Assembly: GCA_043775965.1 (NCBI GenBank) | Contig: JAYVRZ010000234.1 | Location: 41,061-105,060, forward strand | Reading direction: 5' to 3' | DNA: 64,000 bases | Origin: Sphingomonas sp. | GTDB taxonomy: Bacteria > Pseudomonadota > Alphaproteobacteria > Sphingomonadales > Sphingomonadaceae | In this document: positions 42,174 to 53,221 of the stretch, piece after piece | Position numbering within the stretch: position 1 is the stretch's first letter | How the letters are laid out: every line of letters starts with the position of its first letter | Translations under genes and position numbers: made by a program | The notes under the pieces: generated by a model | Told to the model about the DNA's origin: nothing | Database searches by the model: none | The model's input: only the letters and a program-made list of their open reading frames with translations

Positions 42174-44348
42174 ATGATATCGGGATGGATCAAGGCAGTG
42201 GGTAAGCGGATGGGGCATCTCTGTGTCCTGTCCGCGTTTCTCGTTCCGATGGTGGTGGCGACGCCGGCTATGGCCGAGCGGGACGATCTGGATGCGGGCT
42301 GGACGTTCTGGCTTGCGAAGGATGCGCCCGCCGATCCGGTCTGGCTGAAGAGCGATCCGGTCGGAGCCGAGACCGTAGACGTGCCGCATAGCTGGCCGCT
42401 GTCGCGCGGAGTGAATTCCGAGGGCGTCGGCTGGTATGCGCGCACGTTGGTGGTGCCCGAGGCGATCGTCGGCAAGCATCTCGAACTGCATTTCGACGCG
42501 GTGTTCTACGCCGCGCGCGTCTGGGTGAACGGGACGCTCGTCGGGAGCCACGAGGGTGGGCATACCGCGTTCGATCTCGACGTCTCGAAGGTGCTGAAGG
42601 CGGGTGCCAATCGCATCGTCGTCGCTGCCGACGACCGGCCGGGGTTCGTGACGATTCCGGGCTATGCGATGCGTTTGGCCGCGTCGGGGAACGTCTGGTA
42701 CGACTGGTGGCATAGCGGCGGGATCACGCGCGACGTGTCGTTGCGGATCGCCGAGGGTGGGTTGATCCGGCGCCAGCGTATCCGGCAGGTTTTGCGCATC
42801 GACAGCGCGACCGTCACGAGTGGCGTCGCGATCGAGAATATCGATGCCAGGCCGCATACCTATTCCCTCACCTCCGTCGCGATCGATCCCGATGGCCGCG
42901 AGGTCGCGCGCCGTGAAAAGAACGTGACGGTGGCCGCGTCGTCGACCGCGACACCGGATGTTGCGCTGACGATCGCCAGGCCGCAACTGTGGCAGATCGG
43001 CGCGGGCAAGCTGTACCGGATAGTTGCCGAACTGCGCGACGAGAAGGGCGTGGTGCTCGACCGGCGCGAGGACACCGTCGGTCTGCGCACGCTCGCGCTC
43101 CGTGACCGGAAACTCTACGTCAACGGTGTCGCGGTGCGGCTGACCGGGGTGACGCGGCATGAGGATTCGCCGTGGGAAGGTGCCGCCGAAACGCGCGGCA
43201 CGATCCTCCACGACATACACGATCTGAACGCATTGCACGTCACGCTGACGCGGCCGGTGCATTATCCGCAGCCGCAGAGCGTGTTCGACGCCGCCGACCG
43301 CGCAGGAATGCTGCTGATCCCCGAGATCCCGATCTGGCAGATGACCGCGGCGCAGTTGGGCGATCCCCGGCTGCTGGCGCGCGCCAAGGCGGTGATGGCC
43401 GAGATCATCGCCGAGAGCGGCAACCATCCTAGCGTGCTCGCGTGGAGCGTCATGAACGAGAGCGAGGCGTCGACACCGCAGGGCCTGGCGTTCGTCAAGG
43501 CGATGAAGGCGCACATCAACGCGATCGATCCCGGCCGGTTCGTGACCTTCGCGGACTCCGAAATCGCGGTTCACCCGGTCCGCGTCCCCGCACTGGTCGC
43601 GGCCGATTTCGTGATGGCGAACGCGTATTTCGGGAGCTGGAGCGGGCCGGCGAGCGGTGTCGGGCCGTGGCTCGACGCGTTCGACAAGGCGTATCCGGAC
43701 AAGATGCTGGTAATCTCCGAATTCGGCTGGCCCGGACCGTTCTCGAAGGATTCCGCCAGCGCCGACATCGCGCGGACCGACAACCTCAAGGACCAGCTCG
43801 CGGCGTTCGCGACGCGGCCCTGGGTCGGTGGCGCGATCTTCTGGAGCTATGCCGATTATCGGTCGAACAAGAACCTCTTCGCAGGGCTCGCCGACGGCTA
43901 TGTCGATCACGGGCTGGTCGACGCGGACCGCCAGCGCCGCCCGAGCTATTTCGCGTGGGAAGCCGCCAACCGCGCGGTGACCGCGCGCGTCGACCTGACG
44001 ATGGCGGGGGAGAGTCCGACCGGCTTCACCGCGACCGTCATGGGGTCGGCCAAGGCGGCGTTGCCGTCCTATCCGCTGATCGGTGCGCGGCTGCACTGGC
44101 GGGCGATGGGCGGCGACCGCGTGCTGCTCGGCGAGGGCGAGCAGGCGCTGCCGGTGATCGCGCCGGGCGGCACCGCGACCGTGTCAGCTTCCTGGACGGG
44201 ACGTCTTACGCCCGTCACGGTGACCGTCGATATCCTGACCGCGGAGGGTGCGCGCGCGGGCGGCGTCGTCCGCGAGTACGAACCGTTCAAGGCCGGCTCC
44301 GCCGTCTACCCCCCCGACCCAGCGCAATTGCCGAAGGACCCTACATGA
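42174..44348 (+). CDS. GH2 glycoside hydrolase (beta-galactosidase/glucuronidase-like)
   Basis: HEGGHTAF, GGITRDV, GVTRHED, VHYP, NHPSVLAWSVMNE, ISEFG; start may be 42210. Confidence 0.85.
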   Translation: MISGWIKAVGKRMGHLCVLSAFLVPMVVATPAMAERDDLDAGWTFWLAKDAPADPVWLKSDPVGAETVDVPHSWPLSRGVNSEGVGWYARTLVVPEAIVGKHLELHFDAVFYAARVWVNGTLVGSHEGGHTAFDLDVSKVLKAGANRIVVAADDRPGFVTIPGYAMRLAASGNVWYDWWHSGGITRDVSLRIAEGGLIRRQRIRQVLRIDSATVTSGVAIENIDARPHTYSLTSVAIDPDGREVARREKNVTVAASSTATPDVALTIARPQLWQIGAGKLYRIVAELRDEKGVVLDRREDTVGLRTLALRDRKLYVNGVAVRLTGVTRHEDSPWEGAAETRGTILHDIHDLNALHVTLTRPVHYPQPQSVFDAADRAGMLLIPEIPIWQMTAAQLGDPRLLARAKAVMAEIIAESGNHPSVLAWSVMNESEASTPQGLAFVKAMKAHINAIDPGRFVTFADSEIAVHPVRVPALVAADFVMANAYFGSWSGPASGVGPWLDAFDKAYPDKMLVISEFGWPGPFSKDSASADIARTDNLKDQLAAFATRPWVGGAIFWSYADYRSNKNLFAGLADGYVDHGLVDADRQRRPSYFAWEAANRAVTARVDLTMAGESPTGFTATVMGSAKAALPSYPLIGARLHWRAMGGDRVLLGEGEQALPVIAPGGTATVSASWTGRLTPVTVTVDILTAEGARAGGVVREYEPFKAGSAVYPPDPAQLPKDPT

Positions 44349-46633
44349 TCCGTCTCCGCCCTCTGGTGCTCGCGCTGCTGATGACCTCGACCGCGGCGGT
44401 GGCCGAAGGGCCGAAGCTGATTCCGATGCCGGCCTCGATCGAGACGAAGACCGGGACGCTGACGATCGGCGAGGGGGCGGGGATCGTCGCGAGCGATGCG
44501 GGCGCGAAGACCGCGGCCAAGCTGCTCGCGCAACAGGTCAAGATCGTCCGCGGGTTGTCGCTGGCGAGCGATGCCGGCACGGGGCCGATCCGGTTCGTGC
44601 GCGACGCGAGCGTGGCGGGCGACGAGGCCTATGTGCTGAGCGTCGATGCGAAGGGCGTGACGATCGCGGCGAGCGGCGATGCCGGGCTCGTCCACGGCGC
44701 GATGACGCTGGCGCAGTTGCTGAGCCCCGATGCGGCATTCGGCAAACCGGTCGTTCTGGCGGCGATGACGATCCGCGACGCGCCACGCTTCAAATGGCGC
44801 GGGCTGATGATCGATCCGGCGCGGCATTTCGTACCGATGGCGACGCTGTACGCGATGGTCGATCAGCTCGCGGCGCAGAAGATGAACGTGCTGCATCTCC
44901 ATCTGACCGACGATCAGGGCTGGCGTGTCGAGATCAAGCGGTATCCCGACCTGACGCGGATCGGCGCGTGGCGGACGCCGCCATCGGCCGGTGGGGCGCC
45001 GGGCGAGAAGGTCGGCGGGTTCTACACGCAGGCCGAGCTGAAGGCGCTGGTCGCCTATGCGCAGGAGCGCGCGGTGACGATCGTCCCCGAGATCGACCTG
45101 CCCGGCCATGCGCAGGCGGCGGTCGCATCCTATCCGGCCGAAGTCGGCGTACTCGGCGATCGGCCCGCGGTCGGTCACGACTGGGGCGTGAACCCGTGGC
45201 TGTTCAGCCCGGAGGACCGCAGCATGACCTTCATCAAGCATGTCCTCGACGAGCTGATGGAGGTGTTTCCGTCGCAGTTCATCCATCTCGGCGGCGACGA
45301 GGCGGTCAAGGACCAGTGGCAGCGATCGCCCGCGGTGCAGGCGAAGATGAAGGCGCTTGGCCTCAAGACCGAGATGGAGATGCAGAGCTGGATGATCGAT
45401 CAGCTCGGCGAGTATCTGGCGAAGCACGGCCGCCGGCTGATCGGCTGGGACGAGATCCTCGAGGGTGGCTTGCCGCCGTCGGCATCGGTGATGTCGTGGC
45501 GCGGCGAGAAGGGGGCCGTGGATGCGGCGAACCAGGGGCATGACGTGGTATTGAGCCCCGCGCCGATCCTGTATCTCGACAGCCTGCAGAGCACGCGGAG
45601 CGACGAGCCGCCGGGCCGGATCTCGAACGGCGATGCGATCGTGACGCTTGCCCGGCTGTACGCGTACGAGCCGGCACCCGCGGGGCTCGCGCCCGACAAG
45701 GCCAAGCATGTGCTCGGCGCGCAGATCAACGCGTTCAGCGAATATTTCGTCACGCCGCAGCAGCTGGAGCACGCGACCTTCCCGCGGCTGTCGGCGCTTG
45801 CCGAGCGGACCTGGTCGCCGGGATCGACGCGTGATTTCGCGAACTTCGTGGCGCGGCTGGAGCCGCAGATGGGGCGCTATGCCCGTGCTGGAATCGCGGC
45901 GGCGGACAGTGCGTTCGCGGTCGATTTCGCTATTACCGGTACGCGCGGCGATGCGTTGCGGCGCGGCAAGGTGCCGGTGACGCTTGCGACGCAGACGGGC
46001 TACGGGACGATCCGCTACACGCTCGACGGCAAGGTGCCGACCGCGCGATCGAAGGCGTATGCCGCGCCGTTGTCGCTCAAGCCCGGCGTGACCATCCGCG
46101 CCGCCGCCTTCACCGCAGACGGTCGCCCGACCGCGGAGCCGCGGCTGTTCGAGACTAGCCGTGTCGCGCTGTTGCGCCGGTCAAGTTCCGAGCTGGTCGC
46201 GTGCCCCGATGGCGCGATCGGCCTGCGCGTGCCGTTGACGTCGGAGGCGACCGCGAACACGCCGGTGTTCAACGTCAACATCTTCGACACGTGCACGATG
46301 TACCCAGCCGCACCGCTCGATATCGCGCGGAGCTTCACCGTCGATGTCGCGCGCATCCCGCGGCATTACGGGCTGGCGCATGACGAGAAGGCGCTGCGCC
46401 GGCATTATGCGGTGACGACATATGGCGAGCTCGTGGTGCGCACTGGCGGCTGCGACGGCACGATCGCGGCGACCTTCCCGCTGCCCAACCCGGCGACGAG
46501 CCCCAACCGCATGACCTTCCAGGGCAAACTGCCCGAAGGCAAGGGCGACGCGGATATCTGCCTGTTGTTCACCGCGTCGATGGAGTCGCCGTTCTACGCG
46601 GTCGAATCGATGCAGCTGTCGGAGAAGAAGTGA
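44345..46633 (+). CDS. GH20 beta-N-acetylhexosaminidase
   Basis: DAPRFKWRGLMIDPARHF, HLHLTDDQGWR, PEIDLPGH, HLGGDE, IGWDEIL; ATGA overlap. Confidence 0.95.
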   Translation: MIRLRPLVLALLMTSTAAVAEGPKLIPMPASIETKTGTLTIGEGAGIVASDAGAKTAAKLLAQQVKIVRGLSLASDAGTGPIRFVRDASVAGDEAYVLSVDAKGVTIAASGDAGLVHGAMTLAQLLSPDAAFGKPVVLAAMTIRDAPRFKWRGLMIDPARHFVPMATLYAMVDQLAAQKMNVLHLHLTDDQGWRVEIKRYPDLTRIGAWRTPPSAGGAPGEKVGGFYTQAELKALVAYAQERAVTIVPEIDLPGHAQAAVASYPAEVGVLGDRPAVGHDWGVNPWLFSPEDRSMTFIKHVLDELMEVFPSQFIHLGGDEAVKDQWQRSPAVQAKMKALGLKTEMEMQSWMIDQLGEYLAKHGRRLIGWDEILEGGLPPSASVMSWRGEKGAVDAANQGHDVVLSPAPILYLDSLQSTRSDEPPGRISNGDAIVTLARLYAYEPAPAGLAPDKAKHVLGAQINAFSEYFVTPQQLEHATFPRLSALAERTWSPGSTRDFANFVARLEPQMGRYARAGIAAADSAFAVDFAITGTRGDALRRGKVPVTLATQTGYGTIRYTLDGKVPTARSKAYAAPLSLKPGVTIRAAAFTADGRPTAEPRLFETSRVALLRRSSSELVACPDGAIGLRVPLTSEATANTPVFNVNIFDTCTMYPAAPLDIARSFTVDVARIPRHYGLAHDEKALRRHYAVTTYGELVVRTGGCDGTIAATFPLPNPATSPNRMTFQGKLPEGKGDADICLLFTASMESPFYAVESMQLSEKK

Positions 46634-49242
46634 TGCGGTGGCTGGCGCTATTGGCGCTCGCCGCCGTTGCTGCGACCCCGGCCTGGGCGGGCCCGCGCAC
46701 CAGCATCGTGTTCGACAAGGGCTGGTCGATGCGGATCGATCCGGCCGATGCCGCCGCAGCGAAGGCGCATCCCAAGGCGGCGCGCTGGTTGCACGCGACC
46801 GTGCCGGGCAGTGCGCAGACCGACCTGATGGCCGCCAAGATCGTGCCGGATCCGTATGTCGGGCTGAACGAGGCGAAGATCCAATGGGTCGGGCTGACCG
46901 ATTGGCAATATCACACCACGCTGCGCGCGACGCCCGACCTGCTCGCGCGCGATCATATCGAACTGGTGTTCGACGGGCTCGACACCTTTGCCGAGGTGCG
47001 GTTGAACGGCACCAGGCTGCTGGCGGCGGACAACGCGCATCGGCGCTGGCGCGTGCCGATCAAGGCGGTGCTGAAGCCCGGCGCGAACGATCTGCTGGTG
47101 ACGTTCCACTCGCCGATTCGCACGTTGCAGCCGATGGTGCTGAAGGCGAAGAACCCGCTGCCCGGCGAATATGATTCGATGTTCGGCGACGAGCCGATGG
47201 GCAAGCAGACCTCGCCCTATATCCGCAAACCCAAATATCATTACGGCTGGGACTGGGGCCCGCGGATCGTCGCGCAGGGGATCTGGCGGCCGGCGCGGAT
47301 CGAGGCGTGGGACGACGCCCGGATCGAGGCGTTTCGGGTGACGCAGGAGGGCCTGACCAAGACTGAGGCGCGGCTGTCCGCCGAACTCGATGTGGTCGCG
47401 GGCGAGGAGCGTCCGGTCACCGTGCAGGTCGCGGTCACCGGCCCCGATGGGCGCGTGTCGCAGGCGGCACGGACCGTCACCGTCGCGGCGGGCGTGAGCC
47501 ATGTCGCGGTGCCGGTCAGCGTCGCCAATCCGCAGCGTTGGTTCCCCGCAGGCTATGGCGCGCAACCGCTCTATACCGTGAAGGCGAGCTTGCTCGAGGG
47601 CGGCACGACGATCGACAGCGCGCAGCGTCACACCGGCCTGCGCACGGTCGAATTGCGCCGCGACAAGGACGCGCACGGCCGCGGGTTCGCATTCATCGTC
47701 AACGGCATTCCGGTGTTCGCCAAGGGCGCGAACCTGATCCCGTTCGACATGTTTCCGGCACGCGTGCCCGAGAGCCAGATCCGCACGGTGATGGCCGGCG
47801 CGCGCGATGCGAACATGAACATGATCCGCGTGTGGGGCGGCGGCTATTATCTAGACGACGCGTTCTACGACCTCGCCGACCAGATGGGCTTGATGGTGTG
47901 GCAGGATTTCATGTTCGGCGGTTCGATCACGCCGCCCGACCGCGACTTCCGCGAGACCGTCCGCATCGAGGCGGAGGAACAGGTCGACCGGCTCCAGGCG
48001 CATCCCTCGATCGTGCTGTGGTCGGGCAATAACGAAGTGCTGAGCGGCTGGGTCGGCTGGGGCGACCGGGTCGCGTACAAGAAGGCGGTCGGCGCCGACG
48101 AGCAGGAGAAGATCGGCGTCGGCATGGCGATCCTGTTCGACCGCGTGCTGCGCGATGCGGCCGAGCGCCGCGATCCCGACGCGGTCTATTGGCCGGGCTC
48201 GCCGAGCAGCAATTACGAGGACAAGCCCGACATCGATAGCGATGGCGACCGGCATTATTGGGACGTGTGGGGCGGCAAGAAACCGGTCGAGGCGTATCTC
48301 GACAGCTGTCCGCGGTTCATGTCCGAATACGGGCTGCAGTCGATGCCCGAGATGAAGACGATCCGGACCTTTGCCAAGGACGGCGACTTCTCGCCGACCT
48401 CGCCGGTGATGAAGGCGCACCAGAAGTTCCTCAAGGGCGAGGGCAACGACCGGCTGCTGTTCTACATCCGCGAGAAATACCGCGAGCCGCGCGACTTCGC
48501 CGACTTCGTGTATCTGAGCCAGGTGATGCAGGCCGAGGGGATCGAGCTCGCCGCGCTGCACCACCGCGCGTGCCGGCCGGTGACGATGGGCTCGCTGTTC
48601 TGGCAGATCAACGACGTCTGGCCCGGCGCGTCGTGGTCGAGCATCGATTATTACGGCCGCTGGAAGGCGCTGCAATTCCATGCACGGCGCTTTTATCAGC
48701 CGCTGGCGATCGCGGCGGAGCGTAAGGATGGGTCGACCAAGGTCAGCCTGATTTCCGACGCGACGGTGCCGACGCAGGCGGTGTGGCGGGTGCGGACGCT
48801 CGATGTCGACGGGACGGTTCTGGCGAAGACCGAGACGCCGGCGACGTTGGCGCCCTTGTCCTCGACCCCGGTCGCGACGCTGGCCGATGCGGCGCTGTTC
48901 GCGGGTGGCGATCCGGCGCGGACGATCGCGGTGGCGGAGTTGCTCCTCGACAACCGCGTCGTGTCGCGCACATTGCTCTCGGCGGCACCCAAGACGATGA
49001 CGCTGCCCGATCCGGGCCTGACCGCGACATGGGAGGACAACCGTCTGACGCTGACTGCGAGCAAGCTGGCGCGCGCGGTGTGGATCGATTTCGGGGAGCT
49101 CGACGCGACACCGTCCGACAACGCGTTCGATCTGCTGCCGGGCGAGAGTGTCACGGTGACGATTGCTTCGAAGGCGTCTGCGGCGGCGCTGAAACGAGCG
49201 CTGACGATCCGCACGCTCGCCGGCATCGCGGTGGTGAAGTGA
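46630..49242 (+). CDS. GH2 beta-mannosidase
   Basis: FDGLDTFA, YGWDWGPR, FAKGANLIP, NMIRVWGGGYY, WQDFMF, WSGNNE, RFMSEYG, WQINDVWP. Confidence 0.93.
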   Translation: MMRWLALLALAAVAATPAWAGPRTSIVFDKGWSMRIDPADAAAAKAHPKAARWLHATVPGSAQTDLMAAKIVPDPYVGLNEAKIQWVGLTDWQYHTTLRATPDLLARDHIELVFDGLDTFAEVRLNGTRLLAADNAHRRWRVPIKAVLKPGANDLLVTFHSPIRTLQPMVLKAKNPLPGEYDSMFGDEPMGKQTSPYIRKPKYHYGWDWGPRIVAQGIWRPARIEAWDDARIEAFRVTQEGLTKTEARLSAELDVVAGEERPVTVQVAVTGPDGRVSQAARTVTVAAGVSHVAVPVSVANPQRWFPAGYGAQPLYTVKASLLEGGTTIDSAQRHTGLRTVELRRDKDAHGRGFAFIVNGIPVFAKGANLIPFDMFPARVPESQIRTVMAGARDANMNMIRVWGGGYYLDDAFYDLADQMGLMVWQDFMFGGSITPPDRDFRETVRIEAEEQVDRLQAHPSIVLWSGNNEVLSGWVGWGDRVAYKKAVGADEQEKIGVGMAILFDRVLRDAAERRDPDAVYWPGSPSSNYEDKPDIDSDGDRHYWDVWGGKKPVEAYLDSCPRFMSEYGLQSMPEMKTIRTFAKDGDFSPTSPVMKAHQKFLKGEGNDRLLFYIREKYREPRDFADFVYLSQVMQAEGIELAALHHRACRPVTMGSLFWQINDVWPGASWSSIDYYGRWKALQFHARRFYQPLAIAAERKDGSTKVSLISDATVPTQAVWRVRTLDVDGTVLAKTETPATLAPLSSTPVATLADAALFAGGDPARTIAVAELLLDNRVVSRTLLSAAPKTMTLPDPGLTATWEDNRLTLTASKLARAVWIDFGELDATPSDNAFDLLPGESVTVTIASKASAAALKRALTIRTLAGIAVVK

Positions 49243-51791
49243 TGAGGTTCGCGCTCGCCCCGATCGGCCTGCTGCTCGCATCGTCCGCGCTCGCGCAGAC
49301 GGTCGATCCGGCGGTCCGCGGCATGACGCTCGACGAGAAGGCGGCGCAGTTGCAGAGCGTTGCGCCGGCGATCCCGCGGCTGAATTTGCCGGCTTATGAC
49401 TATTGGAACGAGGGGCTGCACGGGCTTGCGCGCAACGGCGTGGCGACGGTGTTTCCGCAGGCGATCGGCCTCGCCGCGACGTGGGACGAGGCGCTGCTCC
49501 GGCGGGTCGGCGACGTGGTTTCTACCGAGGCGCGGGCGAAGTCCAATGCGCTGCCGGCGGGTGACCGCGCGCGCTATCAGGGGCTGACGATCTGGTCGCC
49601 CAACATCAACATTTTTCGCGATCCGCGCTGGGGTCGTGGGCAGGAGACGTATGGCGAGGACCCGTATCTGACCGGGCGGTTGGGGGTCGCTTTCATCGGC
49701 GGGTTGCAGGGGCCGAACCTCGCGCACCCCAAGGTCATCGCCACGCCAAAGCATCTTGCCGCGCATAGCGGGCCCGAGGCGGGGCGCGACGGGTTCGACG
49801 TCGACATCTCGCCGCACGACCGCGAGGCGACCTTCCTGCCCGCGTTCCGGATGGCGCTGACCGAGGGGCGGGCGCTGTCGACGATGTGCGCGTATAATGC
49901 GATCCACGGCGTGCCCGTGTGCGCGTCGGCGCCGTTGCTGACCGAGACGGTGCGCAAGCAATGGGGCTTCAAGGGGCTGATCGTGTCGGACTGCGACGCG
50001 GTCGGCAATATCTCGAACTATCATCATTACCGGCCTGATAATGCGAGTGGGTCGGCGGCGGCGATTGCGGCGGGGATGGATTTCAATTGTGGGCGGACTT
50101 ACGCGGCGCTGGGCGATGCGGTGCGGCGGGGGCTGGTGCCCGAAGCGACGCTCGACGCGAGTTTGACGCGGACGTTTGCGGTGCGGCGCATGCTGGGCGG
50201 CGTGTTCGGGGCGACGAGCCCTTGGGATAGGATCAAGCCTACCGAGTTCGACACGCCCGCGCACCGCGCGCTGGCGCTGGAGGCGGCGCGGAAGGCGATG
50301 GTGCTGGTCCAGAACAACGGCGTGCTGCCGCTGAAACCGTCCGCGAAGATCGCGGTGATCGGGCCGAATGCGGACAGCGTCGATGTGCTGGAGGCGAATT
50401 ATCACGGCACCGCCGCTGCGCCGGTGACGCCGTTGGCGGCGTTGCGGACTTCGTTTGCTGGCGTCCGGTATGCGCAAGGGTCGAGCATCGCCGAGGGCGT
50501 GCCGGTGCCGGTGCCGGACACCGCGCTGTCGCTGCGCGGGGAGTATTTCCGGGGGAGCGATTTCGCCGGGACGCCGGTGGTGCGGGCCGACCGGACGATC
50601 GATTTCGACTGGGACCGCACCGCGCCCGCGCCGGGGATTGATCCGACCGCGTTCTCGGTGCGCTGGACGGGGACGGTGACCGCGCCGGCCGCGGGCGAGT
50701 ACGTGTTTAGGCTCGACGTGCCGCGCTGTTTCGACTGCAAGGGGCATGATCCGGCGCGGTTGTGGATCGACGACAAGCTGGTCGCGGACGATGACGGCAG
50801 CGGCAAGACCGTCGAGGCACCGGTGACTCTCGCCGCTGGTCCACACGCGATCCGCGTCGAACTCGCGCATAGTGGTGAGGATCAGGGGCTGCGGCTGACC
50901 TGGACCGCGCCGGCCGACGCGCAGGTCGCTGAGGCGGTGACAGTCGCCAAGGATGCCGATGCGATCGTCGCGTTCGTCGGGTTGTCGCCCGCGGTCGAGG
51001 GCGAGGCTCTGCAGATCGAGGTGGCCGGGTTCTCGGGCGGCGATCGGACCGATATCGGGCTGCCGGCCGCGCAGGTGAAGCTGCTCGAAGCGGCCAAGGC
51101 GACCGGCAAGCCGCTGGTGGTCGTGCTGATGACCGGCAGCGCGGTCGCGATGACCTGGGCGAAGGCGCATGCCGATGCGATCCTGGTCGGCTGGTATCCG
51201 GGGCAGGCGGGCGGGCAGGCGATCGCCGATACGCTGACGGGCCGGAACAATCCGGGCGGGCGACTGCCGGTGACGTTCTATGCCAAGACGCGCGATCTGC
51301 CTGCGTTCATCGATTACAATATGCGCGAGCGGACCTATCGCTACTTCACGGGCACGCCGCTCTGGGGTTTCGGTCACGGACTGAGCTACACGCAGTTCGT
51401 CTATGCTGCACCCAAATTGCTGCGCAGCACGATCGCTGCTGGGGAGACCTTCACCGTCGAGATCCCGGTACGTAACACCGGCAAGGTCGCGGGCGACGAG
51501 GTGGTGCAGGCCTATCTCGTGCCGCCCGAACCTGCGACCAAGCCGGGCTTCAACGATCCGGTGCTGCAACGCCAGCTCGTAGGGTTCAGGCGCGAGACAG
51601 TGAAGCCGGGCCAGACGGCGCGGGTGGCTTTCACGATCGATCCTCGCGGGATGAGCAGCGTCGATGCGGCGGGCAATCGTCGGATCGCGCCGGGCGAATA
51701 CCGGCTGCATATCGGTGGCGGCCAGCCGGGCGACGGGCCGGGTGTCGATACCGTCTTCACCGTGACGGGAAGCAAGGATTTGCCGAAGTGA
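49242..51791 (+). CDS. GH3 beta-xylosidase/glucosidase with PA14 insert and Fn3-like domain
   Basis: WNEGLHG, WSPNINIFRDPRWGRGQETYGEDP, TPKH, VSDC, GDRTDI, FGHGLSYT; PA14-like FSVRWTG. Confidence 0.93.
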   Translation: MRFALAPIGLLLASSALAQTVDPAVRGMTLDEKAAQLQSVAPAIPRLNLPAYDYWNEGLHGLARNGVATVFPQAIGLAATWDEALLRRVGDVVSTEARAKSNALPAGDRARYQGLTIWSPNINIFRDPRWGRGQETYGEDPYLTGRLGVAFIGGLQGPNLAHPKVIATPKHLAAHSGPEAGRDGFDVDISPHDREATFLPAFRMALTEGRALSTMCAYNAIHGVPVCASAPLLTETVRKQWGFKGLIVSDCDAVGNISNYHHYRPDNASGSAAAIAAGMDFNCGRTYAALGDAVRRGLVPEATLDASLTRTFAVRRMLGGVFGATSPWDRIKPTEFDTPAHRALALEAARKAMVLVQNNGVLPLKPSAKIAVIGPNADSVDVLEANYHGTAAAPVTPLAALRTSFAGVRYAQGSSIAEGVPVPVPDTALSLRGEYFRGSDFAGTPVVRADRTIDFDWDRTAPAPGIDPTAFSVRWTGTVTAPAAGEYVFRLDVPRCFDCKGHDPARLWIDDKLVADDDGSGKTVEAPVTLAAGPHAIRVELAHSGEDQGLRLTWTAPADAQVAEAVTVAKDADAIVAFVGLSPAVEGEALQIEVAGFSGGDRTDIGLPAAQVKLLEAAKATGKPLVVVLMTGSAVAMTWAKAHADAILVGWYPGQAGGQAIADTLTGRNNPGGRLPVTFYAKTRDLPAFIDYNMRERTYRYFTGTPLWGFGHGLSYTQFVYAAPKLLRSTIAAGETFTVEIPVRNTGKVAGDEVVQAYLVPPEPATKPGFNDPVLQRQLVGFRRETVKPGQTARVAFTIDPRGMSSVDAAGNRRIAPGEYRLHIGGGQPGDGPGVDTVFTVTGSKDLPK

Positions 51792-53221
51792 TCGACCGTC
51801 GCATGCTGATCGCCGGAGCGGCGGCACTGGGTCTGGCCGGACCGCTCCGCGCGGCGACACCGTCGTTCGTCAGCAAGCGTCCGAAGCTCGCCGACCGCCG
51901 CTATACCAGCCGCGCGGTCGAGGCGGAGATCGCGCGCGTCACGGCCAAGATCGGCGATCCCGAACTCGCCTGGATGTTCGGGAATTGCTACCCCAACACG
52001 CTCGACACGACGGTGTTCATGGGGAGCGTCGACGGCAAACCCGACGCGTTCGTCATCACCGGCGACATCGACTGCATGTGGCTGCGCGACAGTTCGGCGC
52101 AGGTGCATCCGTACCTCCCGCTCGCCAAGCGTGATCCGGCGTTGCGGACGCTGTTCCGCGGGCTGATCGCACGCCAGGCGCGGTGCATCCTGATCGATCC
52201 ATATGCCAACGCGTTCATGCACGACCCGTCGGCGAAGACCAATCTGAGCTGGTCGCTGACCGACGACACGCTGATGAAGCCGGGCGTCGGCGAGCGGAAG
52301 TGGGAGGTGGATTCGCTCTGCTACCCGATGTGGATCGCGCACGCCTATTGGCAGGCGACCGGCGACGTCGCGCCGTTCGACGCGCTGTGGGCGGATGGCG
52401 CGCGCGCGTCGATCCGGACGTTTCGCGAGCAGCAGCGCAAGGACGGGCCGGGGCCGTATCGCTTCCGCCGGTCGTCGCCGATCGTCGGGGAAAGCATGGC
52501 GCTCGACGGCTATGGCCCGCCGTCGCGGCCGGTCGGGCTGATCCACTCCGGGTTTCGGCCGTCGGACGACGCGTGCGTGTTGCCGTTCCTGATCCCGTCG
52601 AACATCTTTGCGGTCCGTGCGCTGCGCCAGTTGGCGGAACTCGCGACGCGTGCTCGGCCCGACGCGGCGCTGGCGGCGGATGCGACTTCGCTGGCGGACG
52701 AGGTCGAGGCGGCGTTGCGGCTGCATGGGCTGACCAGGGGGCCGGACGGCCAGCCGGTCTGGGCGTATGAGGTCGATGGCTATGGCAACGCTATCTTCAT
52801 GGACGACGCCAACGTGCCGAGCCTGTCGGGGCTCGCCTATCTCGGCGCGGTGAAGTCCGACGATCCGCTCTGGCAGCGCACCGCCGCGCGGGCGTGGAGC
52901 AAGGACAACGCGTATTTCTTCCGTGGCACCGCGGCGGAGGGGATCGGCAGCCCGCATACCGGGCTGCGCGAGATCTGGCCGATGGCGATCGTCATGCACG
53001 CGCTGAACGCGCTCGAAACCGGCGACGCCGCGACCGTCGCGCGCAGCCTCGCCGCGCTCAAGACGACGCATGGCGGCACCGGCTTCATGCACGAATCCTT
53101 CAACCTGGACGACGGCGCGAAATTCACGCGCGCCTGGTTCGCCTGGGCCAACGGGCTGTTCGGCGAGCTGATCGTCGACATCGCCGCCAAGAATCCCGCA
53201 TTTCTCGGAGCCCGCGCATGA
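51788..53221 (+). CDS. GH125 exo-alpha-1,6-mannosidase, Tat signal
   Basis: PNTLDTT, ITGDI..MWLRDS, ERKWEVDSL, FRPSDD, MDDANVPSL, FTRAWFAWAN. Confidence 0.95.
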   Translation: MIDRRMLIAGAAALGLAGPLRAATPSFVSKRPKLADRRYTSRAVEAEIARVTAKIGDPELAWMFGNCYPNTLDTTVFMGSVDGKPDAFVITGDIDCMWLRDSSAQVHPYLPLAKRDPALRTLFRGLIARQARCILIDPYANAFMHDPSAKTNLSWSLTDDTLMKPGVGERKWEVDSLCYPMWIAHAYWQATGDVAPFDALWADGARASIRTFREQQRKDGPGPYRFRRSSPIVGESMALDGYGPPSRPVGLIHSGFRPSDDACVLPFLIPSNIFAVRALRQLAELATRARPDAALAADATSLADEVEAALRLHGLTRGPDGQPVWAYEVDGYGNAIFMDDANVPSLSGLAYLGAVKSDDPLWQRTAARAWSKDNAYFFRGTAAEGIGSPHTGLREIWPMAIVMHALNALETGDAATVARSLAALKTTHGGTGFMHESFNLDDGAKFTRAWFAWANGLFGELIVDIAAKNPAFLGARA